A stretch of 64,000 nt of DNA from Candidatus Aminicenantes bacterium (GTDB taxonomy: Bacteria > Acidobacteriota > Aminicenantia > Aminicenantales > Saccharicenantaceae): assembly GCA_963717865.1 (NCBI GenBank), contig CAVQXL010000004.1:1064243-1128242 (forward strand), given 5' to 3'. How positions within the stretch are numbered: the first letter of the stretch is position 1; every line of letters starts with the position of its first letter. Of the stretch, positions 51,025 to 60,598 are shown piece by piece. The notes below the pieces were generated by a model, which was given only the letters and a program-made list of their open reading frames with translations, made no database searches and had not been told where the DNA came from. The position numbers were made by a program, and so were the translations under genes.

Positions 51025-51887
51025 ATGAACAGGCTCGAACGGAACGAGACGTCTGGTCCGGCTGGCCCTGCTGGCGATCGCCTTTTCCGCAGTCTCCGTC
51101 CTGGCCGTCATCACCGCCTTCATCTTCATGGAAGGCACGCCCATCATGTTCAAGTACGGCTTCAAGAGCTTCCTGGCGGGCATGGACTGGTATCCCACCG
51201 AAAAGAGCTTCGGCCTCCTGCCCATGATCGTCGGTTCTCTGATGGTCACCCTGGGCGCCCTCGTCATCGGCGTGCCGCTCGGCCTGGCCTGCGCGGTCTT
51301 CCTGACGGAGTTCTCCTCGAAGAGGACGCGGCGGATCGTCAAGCCGGTGATCGAGCTCCTGGCGGGGATCCCGTCGGTCGTCTACGGGTTCATGGGCGTC
51401 GTCATCCTGGTCCCGTTCATCCGCGGATCCCTGGGCGGCCCCGGCCTCTCGGTCCTGGCGGCCTCGATCATCCTGGGGATCATGATCCTGCCCGACGGTC
51501 ATCAGCATCTCGGTGGATGCCCTCCTGGCCGTGCCCGCGCACCTACCGGGAAGGCTCCATCGCCCTGGGGGCCACGCGCTGGCAGACGACGCAAGATGGT
51601 CCTCTTCCCGGCCGCCCGCTCGGGCATCGTCGCCAGCATCATCCTGGGCATGGGGCGCGCCATCGGCGAGACCATGGCCGTCATCATGGTCGCCGGGAAC
51701 GCCGCGACCGTGCCCGGGTCCGCTCCTCGCGCCCGTCCGGACCCTGACGTCCAACATCGCCCTGGAGATGGGCTACGCGAGCGGCGAGCACCGCCAGGCC
51801 CTCTTCGCCACCGGCGTCATGCTCTTCGTCATCATCATGATCCTGAACACGATCGCCAACGCGACGTCGTCGCGGCGGAAGGGCTGA
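51025..51887 (+). pseudogene. pstC: Phosphate ABC transporter permease PstC, multiple frame changes
   Basis: LLAGIPSVVYGFMG, YREGSIALGATRWQT, GRAIGETMAVIMVAGN and a C-terminus TIANATSSRRKG. At least 3 frame switches. Confidence 0.8.
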
Positions 51888-51891
51888 TCCC

Positions 51892-52732
51892 GTGCGCATC
51901 GGACCCGAAGCTCGAGCAGAACGCTGGTCAGGGCGGTCCTCCTGCTGCATGACCGCGGTCACCGTCTTCATCCTGCTCTTCATCATCGTCTTCATCCTCC
52001 GGAAGGGCCTGCCCGTCCTGGACCTTTCCTTCCTGACCCGGAATCCGGTGGACATGGGCCGGGGAGGGGGCATCTTCTCCACGATCGTCGGGACGCTCGT
52101 GCTGACCGCCGTCGCGGTCCTGATCGCCGCCCCCCTCGGCGTCGGGACGGCCATCTTCCTGACGGAGTACACTGGGAGAACCGGGTGACCCGGATCATCC
52201 GCTTCGGCGCCGATTGCCTGGCCGGGATCCCTTCGATCATCTTCGGCCTCTTCGGCTTCATCTTCTTCGTCACCAAGCTCGGGTTCGGCTGGTCCATCCT
52301 GACCGGCGGGCTGACCCTGGCGTTCATGATCCTGCCGACGATCATCCGGACGAGCGAGGAGGCCATCCGTGCGGTCCCGGCCGCCTACCGCGAGGTGAGC
52401 TTCTCCCTGGGCAGCACCCGCTGGCAGATGGTCACCCGGGTCGTCCTGCCGGCGGCCCTGCCGGGCATCGTCACCGGGCATCATCCTGAGCATCGGCCGG
52501 AGCATCGGCGAGACGGCGGCCGTCATCTTCACGGCCGGCAGCGCCCTTCACATCCCCACGTCCGTCTTCTCCTCCTCGCGGACCATGGCGGTCCATTTCT
52601 ACATCCTGGCCCGGGAAGGGATCTCGATGGCCAACGCCTACGGGACGGCCGCCGTGCTGTCATCTCCATCCTCGATCATCAACGTCGTCACCTACTACCT
52701 CATGGAACGCTTCATACAGGAAATACTCGTGA
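51892..52732 (+). pseudogene. pstA: Phosphate ABC transporter permease PstA, multiple frame changes
   Basis: GTG start. GIFSTIVGTLVLT, CLAGIPSIIFGLFG, EVSFSLGSTRWQMV and GRSIGETAAVIFTAG. The proposed stop TGA at 52730-52732 overlaps the GTG of pstB. Confidence 0.7.
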
Positions 52733-53491
52733 TCGACCGCCGTCCGGGTCAGGGATTTCGGCCACTGGTTCGTGGCAGCCCGCGACCCTGAGGGGGATCA
52801 CCCTCGACATCGATCCGGAACGAGATCCTGGGGATCATCGGGCCGGCCGGGAGCGGGAAATCGACGTTCCTCGGCGCCCTCAACCGGATGAACGACCTCG
52901 TCCGGGGCTCCCGGACCGAGGGCCGCATCGAGATCGACGGAAAGGACATCTACGGTCCCGAGGCCAACGTCGCCGAGCTCCGGCGGAAGCTCGGCATGGT
53001 CTTCGCGACGCCGGTCGCCCTGCCGCGCTCGATCTTCGAGAACGTCGTCTTCGGGCCGCGGCTCAAGCGGGCGCCCGGCGAAAGCCGAGCTCTAGCGGAC
53101 CTCGTCCGGGACTGCCTGGAAAAGGCGGCGCTCTGGGACGAGGTCAAGGACCGGCTCGATACCTCGGCCCTCAACCTCTCCGGCGGGCAGCAGCAGCGGC
53201 TCTGCATCGCCCGGGTCCTGGCCCTGAAGCCGGAGGTCATCCTCCTCGACGAGCCGTGCTCGGGCCTCGACCCGATCTCGACCGCGAAGATCGAGGATGC
53301 CCTCCGGCGGCTGAAGTCCGAGTACACGATCATCCTCGTGACCAACAACACCAAGCAGGCGGCCCGGGTCGCCGACCGGACGGCCTTCTTCCTCATCGGC
53401 GAGCTGGTCGAGATCGGGGCCGACGGAGCAGATCTTCACCGCTCCGTCCGACCCGCGGACCGACGACTACCTCCGCGGGAGGTTCGGATAG
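52729..53491 (+). pseudogene. pstB: Phosphate ABC transporter ATP-binding protein, copy 1, multiple frame changes
   Basis: LRGITLDID / [46 protein letters not shown] and a tail DPRTDDYLRGRFG. The exact start is uncertain. Confidence 0.7.
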
Positions 53492-53499
53492 GACGCGCC

Positions 53500-54254
53500 A
53501 TGAGCATCATCGAAGTCCGCGACCTGTCCCTCTTCTACGGAGCGTTCCAGGCCCTCAGGGACGTCAACCTGAGCATCGAGGAACGGCGGATCACGGCCCT
53601 CATCGGCCCGTCGGGCTGCGGGAAGTCGACGTTCCTCCGGACCCTCAACCGGATGAACGACCTCATCGACGGCGTCCGCATCAAAGGGCGAGGTCGCCAT
53701 CGACGGCGTCGACATCTACCGGCCGGGGACCGACCTCCTCGCTCTGCGCAAGAAGGTCGGCATGGTCTTCCAGCGGCCGAACCCGTTCCCCCTGAGCATC
53801 TTCGACAACGTCACCTACGGCCTGCGGGTCCACGGGATCACGGACCGCTCGACGGTCCAGGCGCGGCTCGAACGGAGCCTCGAATCGGTCCACCTCTGGG
53901 ACGAGCTCAAGGACCGGCTCGGACGGCAACGCCCTCGCGCTGTCCGGTGAACAGCAGCAACGGCTGTGCATCGCCCGGGTCGTCGCCGTCGAGCCCGAGA
54001 TCCTCCTCATGGACGAGCCCTGTTCGGCCCTCGACCCGATCGCCACGGCCCGGATCGAGGAACTGATGTACGAGCTGGAGAAGCGATACACGATCGTCAT
54101 CGTGACCCACAACATGCAGCAGGCGGCCCGGGTTTCCGGGTTCACGGGCTACTTCCTCCTGGGGGAGCTCGTCGAATTCGGGGAAACCGACAAGATCTTC
54201 ACCAATCCGTCGGACTCGAGGACGGAGGACTATATCACCGGGCGGTTCGGCTGA
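53500..54254 (+). pseudogene. pstB: Phosphate ABC transporter ATP-binding protein, copy 2, at least 2 frame changes
   Basis: [64 protein letters not shown] and a tail [10 protein letters not shown]. Confidence 0.8.
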
Positions 54255-54304
54255 CCCCTTTCCGCGTTTCCGCGCGGAATGGTGCCACCGAAGCGGAGGG
54301 AGCC

Positions 54305-55129
54305 ATGGACGATACGAAAAAGGTCATCGGGATCGGTGCCGGGATCATCCTGGCCATCGCGGCGGTCGTCGGGATCTATCTCTTCGTTGTCAGGAGGCCC
54401 GCGGTCGGGCCGGCCGCGGAGAAGGTCCCAGCGGTCCCGGGGCCGGCCGCGACGGAAGTCCCCGGGGCGGGCGCGCTCGCGCCGCTCGACCTGCCGGGCC
54501 TCGAGCTCGACAAGAGCGACGACCTCCTGAGAAGCCTCGCCCGGGACATCTCGTCGCACCCCGGGCTCGCCGGGTGGATGCGGACTCGTGAGCTGGTCCG
54601 GAAGTTCGTCGCGGCCGTCGACAACATTGCCAACGGTCTCAGCCCGCGGGCCCAGGTCGATTTCTTTGCGCCGCGCGGGGCGTTCAAGGCCGCCCGGAGG
54701 GATGGGACGTTCGTCATCGACCCTGCAAGCTATTACCGGTACGACCAGGTGGCCGACGTCTTCATCTCGCTGGACGCCAGGGCCTCGGCCAGGCTGTACG
54801 TCTCCCTGAAGCCGCTCTTCCAGGAGGCCTACCGGGAGCTCGGCTATCCGGACGAGGACTTCCATGTCACCCTGACCCGGGCGGTCGCGGAGCTCCTGGC
54901 AACGCCCGTCGTCGAGAGCCGCGTCGTCCTGGAAAAGAAGGTCGCGAGCTACTCGATGGCCGACCCGGAGCTGGAAGGATTGAGCCAGGCCCAGAAGCAT
55001 CTCTTCCGCATGGGGCCGGAGAACGTCCAGGTCATCCAGACGAAGCTGAGGGCCCTGGCGATCGCCTGCGGGATCCCGGAATATCGACTGCCCAAGTCCC
55101 GGATCTACACGCCGTCGAATTTGCCCTGA
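54305..55129 (+). CDS. Membrane-anchored DUF3014-like protein
   Basis: N-terminal TM (VIGIGAGIILAIAAVVGIYLFVV), then a ~230-aa domain (LELDKSDDLLRSL..., FFAPRGAFKA..., YRYDQVADVFISLD). The family assignment is from memory of the architecture. Confidence 0.45.
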   Translation: MDDTKKVIGIGAGIILAIAAVVGIYLFVVRRPAVGPAAEKVPAVPGPAATEVPGAGALAPLDLPGLELDKSDDLLRSLARDISSHPGLAGWMRTRELVRKFVAAVDNIANGLSPRAQVDFFAPRGAFKAARRDGTFVIDPASYYRYDQVADVFISLDARASARLYVSLKPLFQEAYRELGYPDEDFHVTLTRAVAELLATPVVESRVVLEKKVASYSMADPELEGLSQAQKHLFRMGPENVQVIQTKLRALAIACGIPEYRLPKSRIYTPSNLP

Positions 55130-55186
55130 GCCTCGGGGACCGCTTTCAAATTCGCCGGAAGGCGATCCGAGACCTGAAACCGGAGC

Positions 55187-56185
55187 TCATCTCCAGTCGA
55201 AGGGGTCTTTCCTGTCGAAATCGGGGACCCGGTGTTCCCCGGGGGCGAAAGGCTCCGGCTGGAGGAAAAGGTTCTCGAATCCGAGTTCGAGGGCCGCGTC
55301 GGCCACCCGCCGATATTCCTCGGGCGACACGGGCCTTGCAGCTCTTCGGGCGCCTTGAAGCAGGGACGGTACTGGCTCATGAGGCTCAATCCGATATGGG
55401 GAGAGAGGTTTCCCCGGATCCAGCGCAGGACCTCAACGGAGTCGTCCGCGTGCCCGGGGAGGACCAGGTGGCGCAGGATGAGCCCCTTCCGGGCGATGCC
55501 GCCCGCGTCGAGCTCCAGGACCGGCTGTTGGACGGACATTTCGCGGACCGCGGCCGAAGCTTTCTCGAAATAGTCCGCGGCGCCCGAATATCTCAGGGAC
55601 AGGGCGGAGGAAGCATATTTCAGGTCGGGAAGATAGATGTCGACGATCCCTTCCAGGCGGGAGACGACCTCCGGGCTGTCGTATCCGTTGGAATTGTAAA
55701 CGAGCGGGATCGAGATCCCTCCCCGGCCCCAGGCGATCCGGAGAGCCCGGAGGATGGGGAGGATGACATGGGTGGGGGAGACGAAGTTGATGTTCAGGGC
55801 GCCGCGCCCCTGGAGGTCGAGCATCATGCGCCGCCAGGGCTTCGTCGTCGACCGGGGCCCCTTCGTCGAGCCAGCTCAGCTGGTAGTTCTGACAATACAG
55901 GCATTTCAGGTTGCAGCCGCCGAAGAAGATCGTGCCCGACCCTCCGGCCCCCCGGCCGTCCCCGGTCACGGTCCTGGCGCAATCCTCGTGGCCGCTGAGG
56001 ACCGGTTCCTCCCCGAAATGGAGCAGGGCATGGGAGACGCGGGCGGAAGATCCGGTCCGGCATATTCCCGCCGCCCCGGCCGTCCGGTCGACGCGGCAGA
56101 CCCTCGGGCACAGCGTGCATTCGGTCTCGAGCGGGGAAAGCCGCGCGAGCGCCGCGTCGATCAGCCCGGTCTTGTCGATGCCCAT
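55187..56185 (-). pseudogene. Radical SAM enzyme (PflX/pyruvate-formate-lyase-activase-like), two frame changes
   Basis: CNLKCLYCQN (CxxxCxxC) preceded by a Cys-rich N-terminus (CTLCPRVCRV). The middle part is INFVSPTHVILPIL...DIYLPDLKY. The C-terminal piece PVSPEEYRRVADAALELGFENLFLQ lies in another frame, with its stop at 55187-55189. Confidence 0.75.
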
Positions 56186-56296
56186 GGGTACAGCCTCCGG
56201 GCCATTCTACCAGAATCGTCCGGGCGCGGGAACCGGCGCCGCGCCCCTTGAATATCGGCCCGGAGGCATGTATAGTACCGCTCCTGAGGAAAACCG

Positions 56297-56950
56297 ATGC
56301 CCCTGATCCTGAAGCTCGTCGATATCGTCATTCACCTGGACAAGCACCTGAGCATGCTCATCGGCCGGTACGAGATCTGGACGTACGTCATCCTGTTCGC
56401 CGTCATCTTCTGCGAGACGGGCCTCGTGGTCACGCCGTTCCTGCCGGGGGATTCCCTCCTTTTCGCCTGCGGGTCCTTCGCGTCCCTGGGGACATTCCGG
56501 TTCTTCAAGGTCGGCTGGGTCTTCCTCGCCCTGGCCGTCGCGGCGGTCCTCGGGGACACGGTCAACTACTGGATCGGGAAGAAGCTCGGGCCGCAGGTCT
56601 TCCGCAAGGAGGGGGGCCGGTTCTTCAAGAAGGAATACCTCGACCGGACCCACGCCTTTTACGAGAAGCACGGCGGCAAGACGATCGTCATCGCCCGGTT
56701 CGTCCCGATCATCCGGACGTTCGCCCCGTTCGTCGCCGGCATCGGGAAGATGAGCTACGGCAAGTTCCTCTCGTACAACGTCGTCGGGGGAGTGGCCTGG
56801 GTGGCCCTGTTCGTCTTCGGAGGCTATTTCTTCGGCAACATCCCGTTCGTCAAGGAGAACTTCTCCCTGGTCATCATCGCGATCATCATCATTTCGATGA
56901 TGCCCGGGGCCGTCGAGGTCCTCCGCCACCGCCGTCGGCCGCGGGGCTGA
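56297..56950 (+). CDS. DedA-family (VTT domain) membrane protein
   Basis: ETGLVVTPFLPGDSLLFACG signature; 217 aa with several TM segments. Confidence 0.8.
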   Translation: MPLILKLVDIVIHLDKHLSMLIGRYEIWTYVILFAVIFCETGLVVTPFLPGDSLLFACGSFASLGTFRFFKVGWVFLALAVAAVLGDTVNYWIGKKLGPQVFRKEGGRFFKKEYLDRTHAFYEKHGGKTIVIARFVPIIRTFAPFVAGIGKMSYGKFLSYNVVGGVAWVALFVFGGYFFGNIPFVKENFSLVIIAIIIISMMPGAVEVLRHRRRPRG

Positions 56951-57736
56951 AGCACGACCTCAGCCCGGCCAGGCCGGGATGGCGCATCATCCGATAGTCC
57001 GTCAGGTCGGTGTGGAGGGGCGTGACGGAGATGAACCCTCCGGCCACGGCGCGGACGTCGCTCCTCGCGCCTCCGGAGCCCCGCGGGTCGCTCGTCCCGA
57101 TCCAGTAGTAGAGCCGCCCGCGCGGGTCTTTCTTCTCGATGATCTCGGGCTCGTATCTTTTTTGACCGAGACCTGGTGATCCGGACGCCCCTGACGGGCG
57201 GCGGCGGGATGTTGATGTTGAGGGTGATCCCCGCGGGGAGCCGCTTGGCGAGGAGGCGCCGGGAGACCTCGGCGACGAAGGCGGCCGAGGCTCCGAGGTC
57301 GAAGTTCCCGGCGGCGTCGGGAAGGAGGGAGACCGCGACGCTCGGGATCCCCAGGAACGTCCCCTGGATCGCGGCCGCCACGGTCCCCGAATAGGAAATA
57401 TCCTGCTCGCCGAGGTTGGGGCCGAGGTTCATCCCCGATAGGATGAGGTCCGGCCGGCGCGGCAGGAGGCTCTTGAGGGCCAGGTAGATGCAGTCGGCGG
57501 GGGTGCCGTCCACGGCGAAGACGCCCGGCCGGACCCTGAAGAGCGCGCAGGGGGCGGCGCAGGGTCAGGGAGAGCGAATTGGCGCTCCGTTCCCGGTCCG
57601 GCGCCACGACCCGGACGTCGGCGATCTTCCGGAGGCTCTTCGCCAGCGCGGCGAGGGCGGGGGAGAAGTATCCGTCGTCGTTCGTGAGGAGGACGAGGGG
57701 CTTCGGGCCGCGGGCGGAGCCGGGCCGGCCGCTCAT
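56893..57736 (-). pseudogene. surE: 5'/3'-nucleotidase SurE, at least 3 frame changes
   Basis: [63 protein letters not shown] and [11 protein letters not shown] lie in different frames. The 3' end is uncertain. Confidence 0.7.
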
Positions 57737-58075
57737 TTCTTGATCATGACGAGGAGCATCTTGAACTTCCCGGCCGGCCTTCACGGCGTGGGGGATCCCG
57801 GCCGGCATGATGATCATGTCGCCCGCCGCGACACGGTTCGGCTCGCCGGCGATGAAGACCTCGGCCTCGCCGTCGAGCCCGACGACCATCGCGTCGAACG
57901 GGGCCGTGTGCTCGCTGAGCCCCTGGCCTTCAGCGAAGGCGAAGACCGTCACCGTCCCCGTCTTCTGGCTGATGATCTCCCGGCTGACGATGGACCCGGC
58001 CTGATAGTCGACCATGCCCTTGAGCTCGAAGACCCTGCCGCGAACGTCTTCGGCTTCCTTGGCCACTTTGCTCAT
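57733..58075 (-). pseudogene. Cupin-domain protein, one frame change near 57775
   Basis: [17 protein letters not shown]...[30 protein letters not shown]...[11 protein letters not shown], then the tail [11 protein letters not shown] in another frame. Its stop overlaps the surE start (ATGA). Span length is 3n+1. Confidence 0.55.
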
Positions 58076-58231
58076 GTTGCCTCCATGCGGGCTGTAGCCC
58101 GGTCGCGGGGTTATCCGATCATGATAGGTGTCGACGAGCTTCCCGGATCGGATCATCCCCCGATCGTGAACCGTGGGCCCGAAACGATGTCTTCCCCATT
58201 CGCGCAAAGGGCGTCGGCGGGGATTTGATGA

Positions 58232-58308
58232 TGGTCGGGACGGGCGGATTTGAACCGCCGACCCCATGCACCCCAAGCATGTGCGCTACCAGGCTGCGCC
58301 ACGTCCCG
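58232..58308 (-). tRNA. tRNA-Pro (anticodon GGG), CCA encoded
   Basis: Reverse complement: acceptor CGGGACG/CGTCCCG, D-stem GCGC/GCGC, anticodon stem CATGC/GCATG with loop TTGGGGT, T-arm GGCGG-TTCAAAT-CCGCC, then ACCA. Confidence 0.85.
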
Positions 58309-58342
58309 AACACAGGTAGAGATTATAGCAGAATCGGGGAGT

Positions 58343-58753
58343 TTATCCAGCCCCTTTTTTGGGCTTCCTGTCGAGGGCGACGACGATGTCCTGGAGCTCG
58401 TCCCGGACGTCGTACAGGGCCCTTTTGAGCTTTTCGGGGTGGAGCGGGCCCGTCGGCCGGAGGCTCGAACTCCTCCTCGACCCGGCGCCTGATCCCGGCC
58501 ATGGTCAGGGACTTTTCCTCGACGAGCTCGCGGATCCTCCGGATGATCTCGATGTCCTTCGGACGGAAGTAGCGTTGCGCCGGCTCCCGGTCTTTCCCGC
58601 GCGGAGGAACGGAAATTCCTGCTCCCAAGCCTCGATGACGGCCGCATCGACCTTGGCCAGGCGGCTGACCTCCTCGACCTTGTAGACGAGCTTGCCCGGA
58701 GCGGCGGCATCCTTGAAGAGCCGGGGTTGGGCGGTTTCTTTCTTGGCGGTCAT
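58343..58753 (-). pseudogene. MerR-family transcriptional regulator, two frame changes
   Basis: HTH region YKVEEVSRLAKVDAAVIEAWEQEFPFL, then RYFRPKDIEIIRRIRELVEEKSLTMAGIRRRV, then the tail PEKLKRALYDVRDELQDIVVAL. These three parts lie in three frames. Confidence 0.6.
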
Positions 58754-58887
58754 CGGTCGAATCCTAACCCTAACATGGTCGGCGCCGGCCGTCAAGCCGG
58801 AGCGGGTCGCGGGCCCGGCCCCCCTTTCTGTTATAATCGCGGGGTGACTATCCGGGAAAAGACGCCCTGGTTCCGCTGGCCGAGCGG

Positions 58888-60165
58888 ATGAGGCCGCGGA
58901 CGCTCGACCGCTTCTACGGCCAGGAACACCTTCTCGGCAAGGGCAAGATCCTCTCCGAGCTCATCGAGTCCGGGCATATCGTGTCGATCATCTTCTGGGG
59001 GCCTCCCGGTTCGGGAAAGACGACCCTCGCCTACATGCTGGCCGGACATTTCGGCCTTCCCTGGGTCTTTTTCAGCGCGGTCCTCTCCGGCATCAAGGAC
59101 GTCAAGGAGGTCATGGCCAAGGCCGAGAACCAGCGCCGGATGTCCGGGAGGCCGGTCGTCCTGTTCATCGACGAGATCCACCGGTTCAACAAGGCCCAGC
59201 AGGCGGCCTTCCTGCCGTACGTCGAGCGGGGCGACGTCGTCCTCTTCGGCTCGACCACGGAGAACCCCTCCTTCGAGGTCATCGCGCCTCTCCTCTCAAG
59301 GACGAAAGTCCTCGTGCTGAATCCCCTGAGCGGCGAGACCCTGGGCCGGATCGTCACGGACGCCCTGGCCGATGAGACCCTCGGCCTCGGCAAGCTCAAG
59401 CTCCGGATCGACGACGACGCCCTTCAGACCCTCGTCGATCAGGCGAACGGCGACGCGCGGAGGGCTCTGAACAGCCTCGAGATCGCCGCGAGCCTGGCCC
59501 GGGACGGGGTCATCACCGCGGCCAATGTCCAGGAAGCCCTGCAGAAGCGCGTCCTCCTGTACGACAAGAAGGGCGAGGAGCACTTCAACCTCATCTCGGC
59601 CCTCCACAAGAGCCTCCGCAACAGCGACGTCGACGCGGCGCTCTACTGGCTCGCGCGCATGCTGGCCTCCGGCGAGGACCCCCTCTACCTCGCCCGGCGG
59701 ATGGTCCGCTTCGCTTCCGAGGACATCGGCCTCGCCGACCCCCAGGCGTTGGCCGTGGCCCTCCACGCCAAGGAAGCTTACGACTTCCTGGGGACACCCG
59801 AGGGCGAGCTCGCGCTCGCCGAGGCCGTCATCTATATGGCATCGGCCCCCAAGAGCAACCGGGTCTATTCCGCCTTCACGGCCGTGACGAAGGAGGTCGA
59901 GCGGAGCCCCCACGAGCCCGTGCCGCTCCAGATCCGGAACGCCGTCACGCCGCTGATGAAGGAGATCGGCTACGGGAAGGACTACGAGTACGCCCACGAC
60001 AATGCCTTTGCCACGACCGAGATGGAAACGCTCCCCGAACGGCTTCGCGGCCGGAAGTATTACGAGCCCGGCAACCTGGGATTCGAGAAGGAGGTCCGCA
60101 AGCGGATCGATTGGTGGGAGGCCCTGAAGGCCAGGCTGAGGGAAAAAAAGACGGGCGACCGATAG
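58888..60165 (+). CDS. rarA: Replication-associated recombination protein A (AAA+ ATPase)
   Basis: FWGPPGSGKTTLA, LFIDEIHRFNKAQQ, TTENPSFEV, GDARRALN and DPLYLARR. The first ATG is at 58888, but the conserved PLAERMRP motif begins upstream of it in the same frame (see finding). Confidence 0.85.
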   Translation: MRPRTLDRFYGQEHLLGKGKILSELIESGHIVSIIFWGPPGSGKTTLAYMLAGHFGLPWVFFSAVLSGIKDVKEVMAKAENQRRMSGRPVVLFIDEIHRFNKAQQAAFLPYVERGDVVLFGSTTENPSFEVIAPLLSRTKVLVLNPLSGETLGRIVTDALADETLGLGKLKLRIDDDALQTLVDQANGDARRALNSLEIAASLARDGVITAANVQEALQKRVLLYDKKGEEHFNLISALHKSLRNSDVDAALYWLARMLASGEDPLYLARRMVRFASEDIGLADPQALAVALHAKEAYDFLGTPEGELALAEAVIYMASAPKSNRVYSAFTAVTKEVERSPHEPVPLQIRNAVTPLMKEIGYGKDYEYAHDNAFATTEMETLPERLRGRKYYEPGNLGFEKEVRKRIDWWEALKARLREKKTGDR

Positions 60166-60177
60166 CCCGTCGCGACG

Positions 60178-60375
60178 CTAATCCGCCTGGTCGCCCCCCT
60201 TTTCCTTGACCAGGTAATAGACCTCCCAGCTGATCTCGTCGGCCAGGCAGCCGAGGCAGGATTTCGGCGTCGTCGCCAGCTCGTCGTCCTCGATCTTGTC
60301 CTTGAGGAGCTTCTTGACGATCTTGCGTATCTTGTAGAGCAGTATGTAATTGACCATCTCGGGACCGCTCCCCAT
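60178..60375 (-). CDS. Hypothetical small protein
   Basis: 65-codon ORF in a locally AT-richer stretch, convergent with rarA. No recognisable motif. Confidence 0.3.
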   Translation of the reverse strand: MGSGPEMVNYILLYKIRKIVKKLLKDKIEDDELATTPKSCLGCLADEISWEVYYLVKEKGGDQAD

Positions 60376-60598
60376 ATTATCAGCTTGGCAAGCCCAAGTA
60401 AAGGAAGTAAAATGCCGGAAGGTCGCGCTGTGGACGCCATAAAGGTCGAAGCGCTGACGAAGGTCTTTGACGGGTTCACAGCCGGTAACGCGGTCACCTT
60501 TTGGCCGTCTGCTCGGCTATCGCCGCAACCATGGTGGCCCTGGGAGCGTATTTCTTCGAGAAGAGCGAAACCGTATGATACGGCCCAAGGAGGCATCA

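Noticed and set aside
60412-60570. Mini-ORF whose first ~30 aa (MPEGRAVDAIKVEALTKVFDGFTAGNAVTF) look like the N-terminus of an ABC-transporter ATPase. It could be a gene remnant.
   Set aside because: It is too short to judge. No Walker A follows in any frame, and the reading frames downstream merge into the GH97 leader region. It could be chance or a tiny relic.
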